From assembly GCA_965228875.1 (NCBI GenBank), contig OZ245843.1:4508616-4572615 (forward strand): a DNA stretch of 64,000 nucleotides, in the 5' to 3' direction. Positions 32,001 through 39,505 of the stretch are shown piece after piece. Position numbers and translations under genes: made by a program. How positions within the stretch are numbered: the stretch's first letter is position 1; each line of letters opens with the position of its first letter. The notes under the pieces were generated by a model. That model ran no database searches, had not been told where the DNA came from, and was given only the letters and a program-made list of their open reading frames with translations. This DNA is from Thalassobaculaceae bacterium (GTDB lineage Bacteria > Pseudomonadota > Alphaproteobacteria > Thalassobaculales > Thalassobaculaceae).

Positions 32001-33108
32001 CGATGCGGCCGTCGAACAGGTCGGCCAGCAGGATCGGGCGGGAAGCGTCGTCGACGCTGGCACGCGGCACCCGGCTGTCGGGCCGGGCCGAACCGCTCGC
32101 ATAGATGCCGCGCAGCCAAGGCACGTCGCGGGCGGCACTCTCCTGGAACACCGGCGTGAGAACCCGCCGCAGCGGCGCGGCGAGGGCACGGGTCACGGCC
32201 CCGAGGGCCAGCACCGCTTCGCGTCGGTCTGGCACGCCGTCGTCGCGGGCCAGGAGCAGTGTCGGCTGCGCGGACTCGAAGGCCGCCGCGATGCGGTTCA
32301 CGGCATCGTCGATCTGCGCGCCGTCGTAGGTGGCGTCCAGCGACTGTGCGTTCGACCAGCCGACCGTCTGTCCCCGCCTCGCGCCGACGACGTGATGGAC
32401 CAGCGCGTCGAAACCCGGAACGGCGTCGTAGCCTGCGACCACGACGTAGACCGGCAGTCGCCGGCCGGCGCGCTCCTGAAGTCGGGCGATGCGCCGCGCC
32501 GCGCCCTCGCCAAGAGCGGCGAGTCCGCCGTCCTCAAGCGCTTCGGGGCCGGTCAGTCGACTGGCGGCGACGCTCAGCACCACGGCATCGACCGGCCGGG
32601 TCGGGCGCCAGTCCAGCAGCAGGCTGATCAAACCGTCCCACTCCTCCTCGGGCGATCCGGCCTCGCCGGCGGCCGCCACCAGGGGGATATCGGTCGTATC
32701 CAGCAGGGCGATCCGGCGGAGCACCTGCCAGCGCCGGTCGCCGCCCGTGTCGGCGGCCGGGTCGCGGGGCAGCTCGGCACGCACGAGATCGAGATTCCCG
32801 CCGCCGGCGGCGTCCCCGATCACCAGCGCGACCGCCCGGCTGGAGGCGACCGCGGGCGGCGGGCTGGAGGCGCGTCGGCGGTCGCGCCCGCGCCACCAGC
32901 CACGGGGCAGCAGTCGCGTGGGTCCGAGTCCGACGAACCGGCGGATCAGCAGCCAGACGACCCTGGCGATCAGGATCAGGACGACGGCGGCGACCGCGCC
33001 GACGACGGCGAGGACAATCGGATCGCCGAGCCATCCCGAGAGACTGCGCCAGGGATCGTCCCAGTCGATCAGCGCCAGGGACTGCAGGAGGTTGGTGAGG
33101 GGCTGCAT
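29062..33108 (-). CDS. tssM: T6SS membrane complex TssM/IcmF-like protein (divergent)
   Basis: WRPTRPVDAVVL, RLPVYVVV..D.VPGF, TVGWS, WLRGIYASG, DLF; TM followed by a long helical region and a C-terminal beta domain (GDPWSLLRL). Confidence 0.85.
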   Translation of the reverse strand: MQPLTNLLQSLALIDWDDPWRSLSGWLGDPIVLAVVGAVAAVVLILIARVVWLLIRRFVGLGPTRLLPRGWWRGRDRRRASSPPPAVASSRAVALVIGDAAGGGNLDLVRAELPRDPAADTGGDRRWQVLRRIALLDTTDIPLVAAAGEAGSPEEEWDGLISLLLDWRPTRPVDAVVLSVAASRLTGPEALEDGGLAALGEGAARRIARLQERAGRRLPVYVVVAGYDAVPGFDALVHHVVGARRGQTVGWSNAQSLDATYDGAQIDDAVNRIAAAFESAQPTLLLARDDGVPDRREAVLALGAVTRALAAPLRRVLTPVFQESAARDVPWLRGIYASGSARPDSRVPRASVDDASRPILLADLFDGRIADEVGIAAPSRRVVARQRLRRNRSAAIFAGLAVATLAAALLGWRDLDRSTAAMTSTIRELDAALAAPSGTASERAVQATRMTAALTELDRIPSTSVFNPVSLLFGLDGVLNPAVSDRLAHSVGPQIVSDAFRRSGALLQTPTGLSGDNAVAAMTAWIADALAVEQDVQTIRAARLETLTVDPLAIQGLLHRTYRVKLPLMSPATARRIAAAVGVAAEGVRFDLAGVAGRLGPKIVAAAPALARPPGTGFAVVAQLEKVNRTLARVMTARADPAQVVSGTARRLSADLDSLAETLAGSGSATADELALAALLPQVRKSLILGEGAADALATALDGRATAVAGAISPFRYPVAPAPVPLLAGNDDGEPPVLSPPVAAFRTQLASLTAADFFRPASGLAIRTVLADGTFMNWEAEGLQAVLDLYGDYDAFVASLNDGGGDLTPELRSALTAMAGRGLVDAMDARLATAQTITRPVAPGDAAAEEAALGAAAVSLQGALVPIQEVQGVLLKFQNVSTAGDFAAANRENAAAILDAADRVYHRAAGTQYDPEVPWSLWDGGETATTFAYRVGNASALANYLAAARGRVSTVARSYAQPAVAYLRNGASALSPGEQATLTRWNATLVTLTEYENGVKRGNTLGELESFFASPLLAMTGESCLDDLAKVTPPPVTDLFSQEFATLLDDIDRRCAELDEGQVEGNYDKIVSLFENDLSPYFPFAPAASPNAPPSARRPPPPIPPETVRAATSQLASVLPEARKELAFLAKTGARTADAAGFLDRLKASLDLLGALVPQVANGPVPAVTVAPSFRLDLAGAAGADQVLEWTVTAGSESAVYPIAVSNLAWALGTPVSVGFRWPKNGPVAPASGNGYSWSDRSVTFAPVPAGDPWSLLRLMLANQAPASAFALAPKGRDPNTLAFKVATNRSSADAAGNTTTRSQTAQLYIALGLTGRDATGKEVPMVLPNFPVSAPALPSQPTATTGG

Positions 33109-33109
33109 C

Positions 33110-34015
33110 TCAGGTGTCCAGGCGCGTGGGGCCGTCGGCCGGCGCGGTTACCGACAGAGATGCGACCGACAGGCCGGCGCCCAGGTCCGAGCGGACGGAC
33201 GCGAGGATCAGGGCCGAGGCGATCAGGAATGCGACGAGGACGGCCCAGGCGCCACGCACCCAGGGGCGCGCGGATGCCGGGGCGGATGTGGGCGAACCGG
33301 CGACGACATGGCCATAGGCGGCGGGTGTCAGTCGGGAGTCCGTCGCGTCGCCGCCGCCGTGGGCGACGGCGATGAAGGTGCGCAGGCGGTCGACCACCCG
33401 GCCGAACGCATCGGGGAAGAACCGAAGCCGGCCGCGAAAGCCGAGGGCCAGGACCGTGAGGTAGACCATGGCGAGGTCGCCGTTGGCTCGGGTGCGCGGC
33501 GCGCTGTCGAGGGCGGCGATCATGTCGAGCAGGCGGTCGCCGGCGGCCCGAGACCCGAACAGGCGCGCCTCCAGCAGATGCCCGAGCCAACCGCCGCCGC
33601 CGACCTCGAACTCGAGGATGTCGTCGGCAAGCGCCGCCATGGCGTAGTAGGCGTCGCGCCGCCAGGTCGCCGAGGCGGGTGTCACGCCCGCTCGCTCCAT
33701 GCGCGCCGACAGGTCCGCTGCAAGCTGGTCGGCGACATTGCTCAGCCGTTCGGCCGACGCACCGGTCGGTCGGTCCGCGCCACCGGAGCCGGACAGGGCG
33801 ACGGCGGCGATCGCATCCGCGTCCGACATTCGGGCCAGATCACCGCCGGACGAGAGCAGGTCGCGGGCCACGAGCACCCGGGCGCCGAACGCCCGCAGGT
33901 CGGCCAACAGGTCTCCTTCACTTGAGCGGTCCCCGTCCACCCGTGCATTCCTCTCCGTCGTGCCAAGACTATGTGCCTGACTATGCACTCTATTGTTGAT
34001 CGAAGTATCGGGCAA
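33110..34015 (-). CDS. tssL: T6SS TssL/DotU (no OmpA domain); start uncertain
   Basis: YAMAALADDIL, W..HLLEARLFGSRAAGD, VYLTVLALGFRGR, C-terminal TM. Confidence 0.88.
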   Translation of the reverse strand: MPDTSINNRVHSQAHSLGTTERNARVDGDRSSEGDLLADLRAFGARVLVARDLLSSGGDLARMSDADAIAAVALSGSGGADRPTGASAERLSNVADQLAADLSARMERAGVTPASATWRRDAYYAMAALADDILEFEVGGGGWLGHLLEARLFGSRAAGDRLLDMIAALDSAPRTRANGDLAMVYLTVLALGFRGRLRFFPDAFGRVVDRLRTFIAVAHGGGDATDSRLTPAAYGHVVAGSPTSAPASARPWVRGAWAVLVAFLIASALILASVRSDLGAGLSVASLSVTAPADGPTRLDT

Positions 34016-34022
34016 TGCCGGG

Positions 34023-34661
34023 CTATTTTGTCGTTTGTACGGTTATTGCCTTGGATTTTTTCGCTTCAGGGGCGAGCGGGACTGCGATCAGGGGGTGATC
34101 GTAGCGGCCCGCGAGGGCATTGGCCGCAGCCTCGGCGTCGCCGCCCGTCGCATAGTCGCCGACGGTGACCATTGACCAGACCCGTCCCCCGGAGCCGGTG
34201 GCCTTGCGGACCATTGCCGCCAGACCGTCCGCCGACAGCCGTCGGGCAAGGGTGTCCGCCGGGGCCTCGTGCAGAAAGAGGTCGACGCGGACCGTCCAGC
34301 GCCAGCCGTCGGTCCCGGCCTGTGAGTCGGCCTGTGCGCCTGGAACGGGCGGGACGGCCGGCACGGGAATCGGCGGCGTGGCATCGGTGATCAGGGGAGG
34401 CGGAGGCGGTGGGCCGGATGCCTTCCCCTTGGCGTCGGCCGGCGCCATTCCCGCGGTTTCGGCGGTGTTGCTCCCGCTCCGCGCGGGCGCGGTCGCCGAG
34501 CCTGTCGCCCCGTCCGTCACCGGGGCCTGGGTCGGTGCCGGAGCGATCTGAGCGGTCACCGCCGCCCCCGCCAGGGCGCCGACGAACAGGACGGCAACCT
34601 TCTGCAGTCCCTTGCGTTTCAGAAGCGGTTGCTTGGGCACGACCGGCGGACTGATCTTCAT
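34023..34661 (-). CDS. Membrane-anchored SPOR-domain protein
   Basis: N-terminal TM, Pro/Ala linker, WTVRVDLF...WSMVTVGDYATGGDAEAAANAL SPOR-like pattern. Confidence 0.65.
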   Translation of the reverse strand: MKISPPVVPKQPLLKRKGLQKVAVLFVGALAGAAVTAQIAPAPTQAPVTDGATGSATAPARSGSNTAETAGMAPADAKGKASGPPPPPPLITDATPPIPVPAVPPVPGAQADSQAGTDGWRWTVRVDLFLHEAPADTLARRLSADGLAAMVRKATGSGGRVWSMVTVGDYATGGDAEAAANALAGRYDHPLIAVPLAPEAKKSKAITVQTTK

Positions 34662-34776
34662 GCGGTTATCCCGGCAACGGGTCGGTGGCGGGTCGTTTCA
34701 TCATACAGCGAGACCGCTTGATTGTAATTCTCGGTCAAATAGAGTGGATTGACCGTACCTCTGACCTGCTGGACCG

Positions 34777-36498
34777 ATGCCTGTCTCTGTCGCCGCCGCC
34801 AAGCACATCACCGAAGGCCTGCTGCGCAGCGGCCGCTCGGCGGATGCCGTGGTGGCGGCCAACCGTCTCCTGGGCCTGGCGCCGCGGGATGTCGGCGCAT
34901 TGCGGCTGGCGGCCGAGGCGCGGCTCGCCGCGGGGGATGCGCCCGCGGCGAGCGACCCGATCCGCCGTGCCCGGGCCATCGACCCGTCCTGTCCCCGTCT
35001 CATGGCCCTGGAGGCCCGCAGCCTTGCGGGCGCGGCGGATCCGCAGCCGGCCCTCGGCCTGTTTGCGTCCGCGCTGGCGGCGGCGCCGGAGGACGACGAG
35101 GTCCGCCTGTCGGCGCTCGCATTCCTCCTCGCGCGTGACGAGCCGGCGCGCGCCTGGGAGGTTGCGGAGCCGCTGGTCGCGGTCGGCCGTCAGACCGAGC
35201 CGTCGGCGCTCGAACTCATGGCGGCGGCGGCCGAACGGGCGGACCGGGACGAGGCGGCCGCGGCGCTGTGGTCGCGTCTGGTCGACCTGGCGCCGGAGCG
35301 ACCGGCGGGCCATGCCGGACTTGGCCGGCTGGCCGCACGGTCTGGCCGACCTGTCGAGGCGCTCGACCGGTTCGAAGCGGCGCTGCTGGCCGCGCCGACG
35401 GATCTCGGCGTTCTGGCAACGGTCGCGGCCGCGGCCGTCGATGCCGAGGCCTCCGATCGCGCTTCGGATCTCATCGCCCGGCTTGAAACCCTGCTGCCGG
35501 CTCATCCGGCGCCGCACCGGCTGGCGGCACGGCTTGCCGGGCGTGCAGGCGATCCGGCGGCGGCGGTGGATCACCTGCTGCGGGCTCTCGACCGCACCGC
35601 GGACGATTCGACGCTATACGTCGCATTGGCCGAGGCCCTGGGACGTCAAGGGCTGTGGGCGGATGCGCTGCGCGCCCTCGACACCGCGCCGGCGGCGTTG
35701 CGCCGGCATCCGATCGGCCGCAAGGCGCGGTTGGCGGCGGCGCTCGGTGCGGGCGACGCTTCCGCCTGGCCGGCCTATGTCGGCGCTGACGGACCGCCGG
35801 ACATCTCCGCCGCCGGCCCGGTGACGGTCATGGCTGCGAGCGATGTCCGCGAATTCCTGGTCCTGAGCCGGTGGCTGCCGGCTCTGTCGGCACGTGTCGG
35901 TGCGGTGACGCTCGCGGTCGACCGACCGCTGCATCGCCTGGCGGCCCGGTTGCCGGGGGTGGCGCGCGTGGCGGATGGCGGCCCGGGAGAGACGGGCGGC
36001 GCCCGTCTCGACATGCGCTGCCTGCCACTGTTCGGTGTCCCCGACCCCCACATGCGGCCGAAACTGGATGCCGGTCGGGTGGCGGCATGGCGGCGGCGGA
36101 TCGGCGGCGGACGCCTTATCGGCGTGGTCTGGGACGCGCCGGGGCCGGTGCTCGACGCGCCGTATCCGCGCGACCGGCTGGCGCTCCTGACCGCGCTGGC
36201 CCGGTCCGAGGGCGTGCCGGTGGCGGTCCAGTGGGGCCTGGCGCCCGAGGCCGCCCGCGCGCTCGGCATCGTTCCCGCCGCCGATGCGGCGACGGATTTC
36301 GACGACCTCGTGCATCTTCTGGCGGCGATGGACACCGTCATCGGCGTCGACGGCGCGGCGCTGCATCTGGCGGCCCTGGCCGGGGTTCCGACGGTCCTGA
36401 CCGCCGACACGGCAGAATCCTGGTGGTGGCGGCTGCCGGACCTCAGCGCGATTGCGCGCGCGACCCCCGATGCGCTTCGGCCGGGCAGGGCGGCATGA
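34777..36498 (+). CDS. TPR-repeat protein with a degenerate GT-B (GT9-like) C-terminal domain
   Basis: TPR-like helices, then IGVVW and DFDDLVHLLAAMDTVIGVDGAALHLAALAGVPT. Confidence 0.7.
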   Translation: MPVSVAAAKHITEGLLRSGRSADAVVAANRLLGLAPRDVGALRLAAEARLAAGDAPAASDPIRRARAIDPSCPRLMALEARSLAGAADPQPALGLFASALAAAPEDDEVRLSALAFLLARDEPARAWEVAEPLVAVGRQTEPSALELMAAAAERADRDEAAAALWSRLVDLAPERPAGHAGLGRLAARSGRPVEALDRFEAALLAAPTDLGVLATVAAAAVDAEASDRASDLIARLETLLPAHPAPHRLAARLAGRAGDPAAAVDHLLRALDRTADDSTLYVALAEALGRQGLWADALRALDTAPAALRRHPIGRKARLAAALGAGDASAWPAYVGADGPPDISAAGPVTVMAASDVREFLVLSRWLPALSARVGAVTLAVDRPLHRLAARLPGVARVADGGPGETGGARLDMRCLPLFGVPDPHMRPKLDAGRVAAWRRRIGGGRLIGVVWDAPGPVLDAPYPRDRLALLTALARSEGVPVAVQWGLAPEAARALGIVPAADAATDFDDLVHLLAAMDTVIGVDGAALHLAALAGVPTVLTADTAESWWWRLPDLSAIARATPDALRPGRAA

Positions 36499-36965
36499 CC
36501 GGACCGCTGGCCACGCGACGTGTGGTTCTGGCCGCATTCGCCACTGTCCCGGTCGCCGGCTGTTCGCTGGTCGACGACCTGCTGCCGAACAACAGCCTCG
36601 ACAGCATCGCCCTGACGATCGCGCCGAAGGTGAACGACGACACGCCGCTCGCCGTCGACTTCGTCTATGTCGCCGACGCCCAACTCGTGACCGCGCTGAC
36701 CGCGCTGACGGCGGTCCAGTGGTGGCAGCAGCGTGCCGATCTTGCGCTCGCCAATCCCACCACCCTGACGGTCGAGAGTTATGAAGTCTCGCCGGGGCAG
36801 GTACCGCCGGTTGTGACCCTGCCGGAAAGCGCCGGCGACGCGGTCGCGATCTTCGTCTTTGCGGTCTATCAGACGCCCGGCGCCCATCGCGCCCGTCTGG
36901 AGAACTACTCCGACGCGGTTGTGGCGCTCGGAACCAAGTCCTTCACCGTCAGTGGATCCACGTGA
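36495..36965 (+). CDS. tssJ: TssJ-like T6SS lipoprotein
   Basis: MTGPLATRRVVLAAFATVPVAG-C lipobox; VNDDTPLAVDFVYV, YEVSPGQ, FVFAVYQTPG.HR; directly upstream of tssK. Confidence 0.75.
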   Translation: MTGPLATRRVVLAAFATVPVAGCSLVDDLLPNNSLDSIALTIAPKVNDDTPLAVDFVYVADAQLVTALTALTAVQWWQQRADLALANPTTLTVESYEVSPGQVPPVVTLPESAGDAVAIFVFAVYQTPGAHRARLENYSDAVVALGTKSFTVSGST

Positions 36966-37017
36966 TGCTTCGCCTTCCTTCCGCCGCCGCCATGACCCGA
37001 CGCGAAAGGCCGCACGC

Positions 37018-38385
37018 ATGAGCCGCTACGACGAAGACCTGCCGGACGCGGTGGCGTGGGCCGACGGCCTGCATCTCCTGCCACAGCATTTCCAGCTCGA
37101 GCAGAGCCGCACCGAAGGGCTGGTGCTGGCGGCGCGGCAGGACCTCAACGTCTTCCACTATGGAGTGACGCGGTTCGAGGCCGATATGGAAGCGGCGAAA
37201 ACCGGACTGTTCACCGTTCTCTCCATCGACGCGGTGATGCCCGACGGTACGGCGATCCGCCGCTCCGTCGAGCAGGACGAGGCGCTGCGCCTGGACCTGT
37301 CCTCGGCGCTTGGCGAGCTCAAGGTCGATACCGACTACACGCTGGTCCTGTCGGTCCCCGCGCGCCTGACGGGCATGGGCAATGGCGAAGGGCGGCTCGC
37401 TACTTACCAGGGACCCGCGGTGATCGACCAGATCGCTGGCGACGTCAGCGAGCGCGTGGTCCGCGCGCGGCCGCGCATCGCCCTGAAGCTGAAGGGGGAG
37501 GTCGGGACCAGCGAGGTGACGCTGGACCTGATCCGCTTCCGGCTGGTCGACGGGCAGGTGCGGGTTCTGGACTACATTCCGCCGACGCGGGCGGTGACCG
37601 TCGCCTCGCCGATCGGACGGCTGGTCGACAGCGCCCTCGGCCGGATGCGGGCCAAGGCGCGGGGCGTCGTCGAGACCCGAACGCTGAGCGACAGCGGCCC
37701 CGTGGCGGCGATGCAGCTTCGCCTGGCGCTCGCCGCGCTGGTCGGACCGTTGCTCGACCTGGAGGTGCTGCTGGCGACGGGGGCGGCGCATCCTCTGGAT
37801 CTGTACCGGTCGATGGCGCGCGGCCTCGGGCCGTTGACGGCGCTGGTCGGGGCGGCGGTTGAGGACCGGCTGCCGGTCTACGACCACGACGACCCGCGCG
37901 GCGGCTTCGACACGGTGATCGGGCGGATCGACGCGCTGCTCGACCGGGTCCAACTGGCCTATCGCACGCTGGCTTTCCGCCGCGACGGCGGGGGCTGGGA
38001 ACTGGCGCTGGATGACCAGGCGTTCTCGGAGCTGTCCAGGTCGCGCGGCGAGGCAGGGCTGCTGATCGGCCTGTTCACGCCGGGCACCATGGAGACCGAG
38101 CGGGTCGACCGGTGGATGCGCGACGCCATCGTCTCCTCGGCGGAGCGCATTGGCGACCTGCAGCGTGCCCGGTCGCTCGGCCTGCAGCGCACGGGGGTCG
38201 ATTCCGACCCGGAGACCGGCATCCTGCCGCCGAGCGGAGTGCTGATGTACGCGCTGCACGACTGGGTCGATGTGCTGTCGGCCTCGCAGAGCAGAATTCT
38301 ACGGATTGAGGGCAATGCCGGCGATCCGGCACGGGTGGCGACCCCGACGTCGATCGTGATTTTCATCCCGACCCAAGGCTCCTGA
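37018..38385 (+). CDS. tssK: T6SS baseplate TssK
   Basis: VAWADGLHLLPQHFQ, AVMPDGT, DYIPP, HPLDLY, PVYDHDDP. Confidence 0.92.
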   Translation: MSRYDEDLPDAVAWADGLHLLPQHFQLEQSRTEGLVLAARQDLNVFHYGVTRFEADMEAAKTGLFTVLSIDAVMPDGTAIRRSVEQDEALRLDLSSALGELKVDTDYTLVLSVPARLTGMGNGEGRLATYQGPAVIDQIAGDVSERVVRARPRIALKLKGEVGTSEVTLDLIRFRLVDGQVRVLDYIPPTRAVTVASPIGRLVDSALGRMRAKARGVVETRTLSDSGPVAAMQLRLALAALVGPLLDLEVLLATGAAHPLDLYRSMARGLGPLTALVGAAVEDRLPVYDHDDPRGGFDTVIGRIDALLDRVQLAYRTLAFRRDGGGWELALDDQAFSELSRSRGEAGLLIGLFTPGTMETERVDRWMRDAIVSSAERIGDLQRARSLGLQRTGVDSDPETGILPPSGVLMYALHDWVDVLSASQSRILRIEGNAGDPARVATPTSIVIFIPTQGS

Positions 38386-38528
38386 CACGCTGCCGTCCAA
38401 GCCCATCGTACAGTTCGAGCTGGCCTTGCCCAGTCGAAATAGGGTGGGCGGGGAGCGCTGCGGGGGCGGTTCGCCGACCGGGACCGGGGCGCCGGCGAAC
38501 CCGATCCCGTGACTTCCGGAGAACGAGG

Positions 38529-38987
38529 ATGGACGATCTCAACGATTATCGGGCCGCGTCGGGGCGGCTCGTCCCGGTCTGGACGCTGGAGATCCAGACG
38601 CTTCCCGAGGATACCAACCGCATCCTTGACGCCGTGATGGCGGTTCATCCGCTCGGCTTCGGCCGCTATCAGCGCAACGCCAGCATTTCCGCCGTCGGCA
38701 GGGAGACGGCGCAGCCGGAACCCGGATCGACCACCACCACCCATGTCGACGGGTTCGTGGCGGGCAGTACCGAGACCTATCCAATGGTCGAACTGAAGAT
38801 CTCGATCGAGCGTGACCTCAAGGCGCTGGCCAGGGTCATGGATGCCGTTATCCATGCCCACCACTACGAGGAGCCGGTGATCTTCGTGCGCGAGGACTGG
38901 GCCAGCCGCGCGGCCTATGACCCGAACAGCGACAATCCAAATCGCTGGTGGAACAACGGTCGGGGTCTGCCCGAACGCCTCGACTGA
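38529..38987 (+). CDS. Hypothetical protein with a NIF3/YqfO PII-like domain
   Basis: VMDAVIHAHHYEEPVI resembles the HPYEEP motif. Confidence 0.6.
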   Translation: MDDLNDYRAASGRLVPVWTLEIQTLPEDTNRILDAVMAVHPLGFGRYQRNASISAVGRETAQPEPGSTTTTHVDGFVAGSTETYPMVELKISIERDLKALARVMDAVIHAHHYEEPVIFVREDWASRAAYDPNSDNPNRWWNNGRGLPERLD

Positions 38988-39057
38988 CCCGCAGAGGCAA
39001 CCGACCGGCCTTTGGCGCGGTTGTCGGGCGACATTGCAAATCATTGAAAATGCGCGC

Positions 39058-39159
39058 GAAACGAGAGAAGGCCTGGAGACGGATCTCCAGGCCTTCAGCT
39101 ACTCGCATTTCGAACCGGGCATCAGGTGGGGAGAGGGGGACGTGCCCCGATCCGAAAGC
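39058..39159 (-). ncRNA. Candidate small RNA with a C-rich loop and intrinsic terminator
   Basis: Promoter upstream; 5' stem GCTTTCGGATCGGGGCA/TGCCCGGTTCGAAATGC enclosing CCCCCTCTCCCC; perfect 13-bp terminal hairpin. Confidence 0.65.
39067..39096 (-). terminator. Rho-independent terminator hairpin
   Basis: GAAGGCCTGGAGA-N4-TCTCCAGGCCTTC followed by TCTCGTTTC on the minus strand. Confidence 0.7.
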
Positions 39160-39165
39160 ACTTTC

Positions 39166-39194
39166 AACGTAGGCGTTCTTTCTGTAATGTGCAA
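39166..39194 (-). promoter_or_regulatory. Sigma70-type promoter for the candidate sRNA
   Basis: Minus strand TTGCAC, 17-nt spacer, TACGTT, preceded by an A/T tract (AAACAAAAATTTCTA). Confidence 0.6.
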
Positions 39195-39229
39195 TAGAAA
39201 TTTTTGTTTCAGATCGAAAGGCTGAAGCG

Positions 39230-39463
39230 GTGAAACGGAGAGTGTTTGCACGCCGCCGCCACGCCGAGATCGTAGCCCGTCGGTGGCTGCGGATCGCGAC
39301 ATGGGTGGGGGCGCCCCTGGCCGTCACGGCACTGGTCTGGGAGGTCATGCAGGGGGGCGGCATGCCCACGCTGGGTGCGGTGGCGTTCGCCGTCGTGGCG
39401 TTCGCCTACACCGTCAGCCTGGTCCGGATCCACGATCTCACCGGCGAGTGGACGTTCTTCTGA
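39230..39463 (+). CDS. Small two-TM hypothetical protein
   Basis: 77-aa ORF with two hydrophobic segments. Confidence 0.5.
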   Translation: MKRRVFARRRHAEIVARRWLRIATWVGAPLAVTALVWEVMQGGGMPTLGAVAFAVVAFAYTVSLVRIHDLTGEWTFF

Positions 39464-39505
39464 CGCGTGGCCGTCCAGGGCCGTGACCGGAGGGCAGGTC
39501 GGCCG

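Noticed and set aside
33945..33966. Sigma54 promoter (TGGCACG on the minus strand) near tssL
   Set aside because: The TTGC -12 element is absent at the required spacing.
12954..38528. Recently acquired mobile island carrying the T6SS
   Set aside because: No integrase, transposase, tRNA or flanking direct repeats were seen, and coding GC looks similar to the housekeeping genes by eye.
39058..39159. tRNA or tmRNA piece
   Set aside because: No cloverleaf, CCA end or tag reading frame could be built; it fits a two-hairpin sRNA better.
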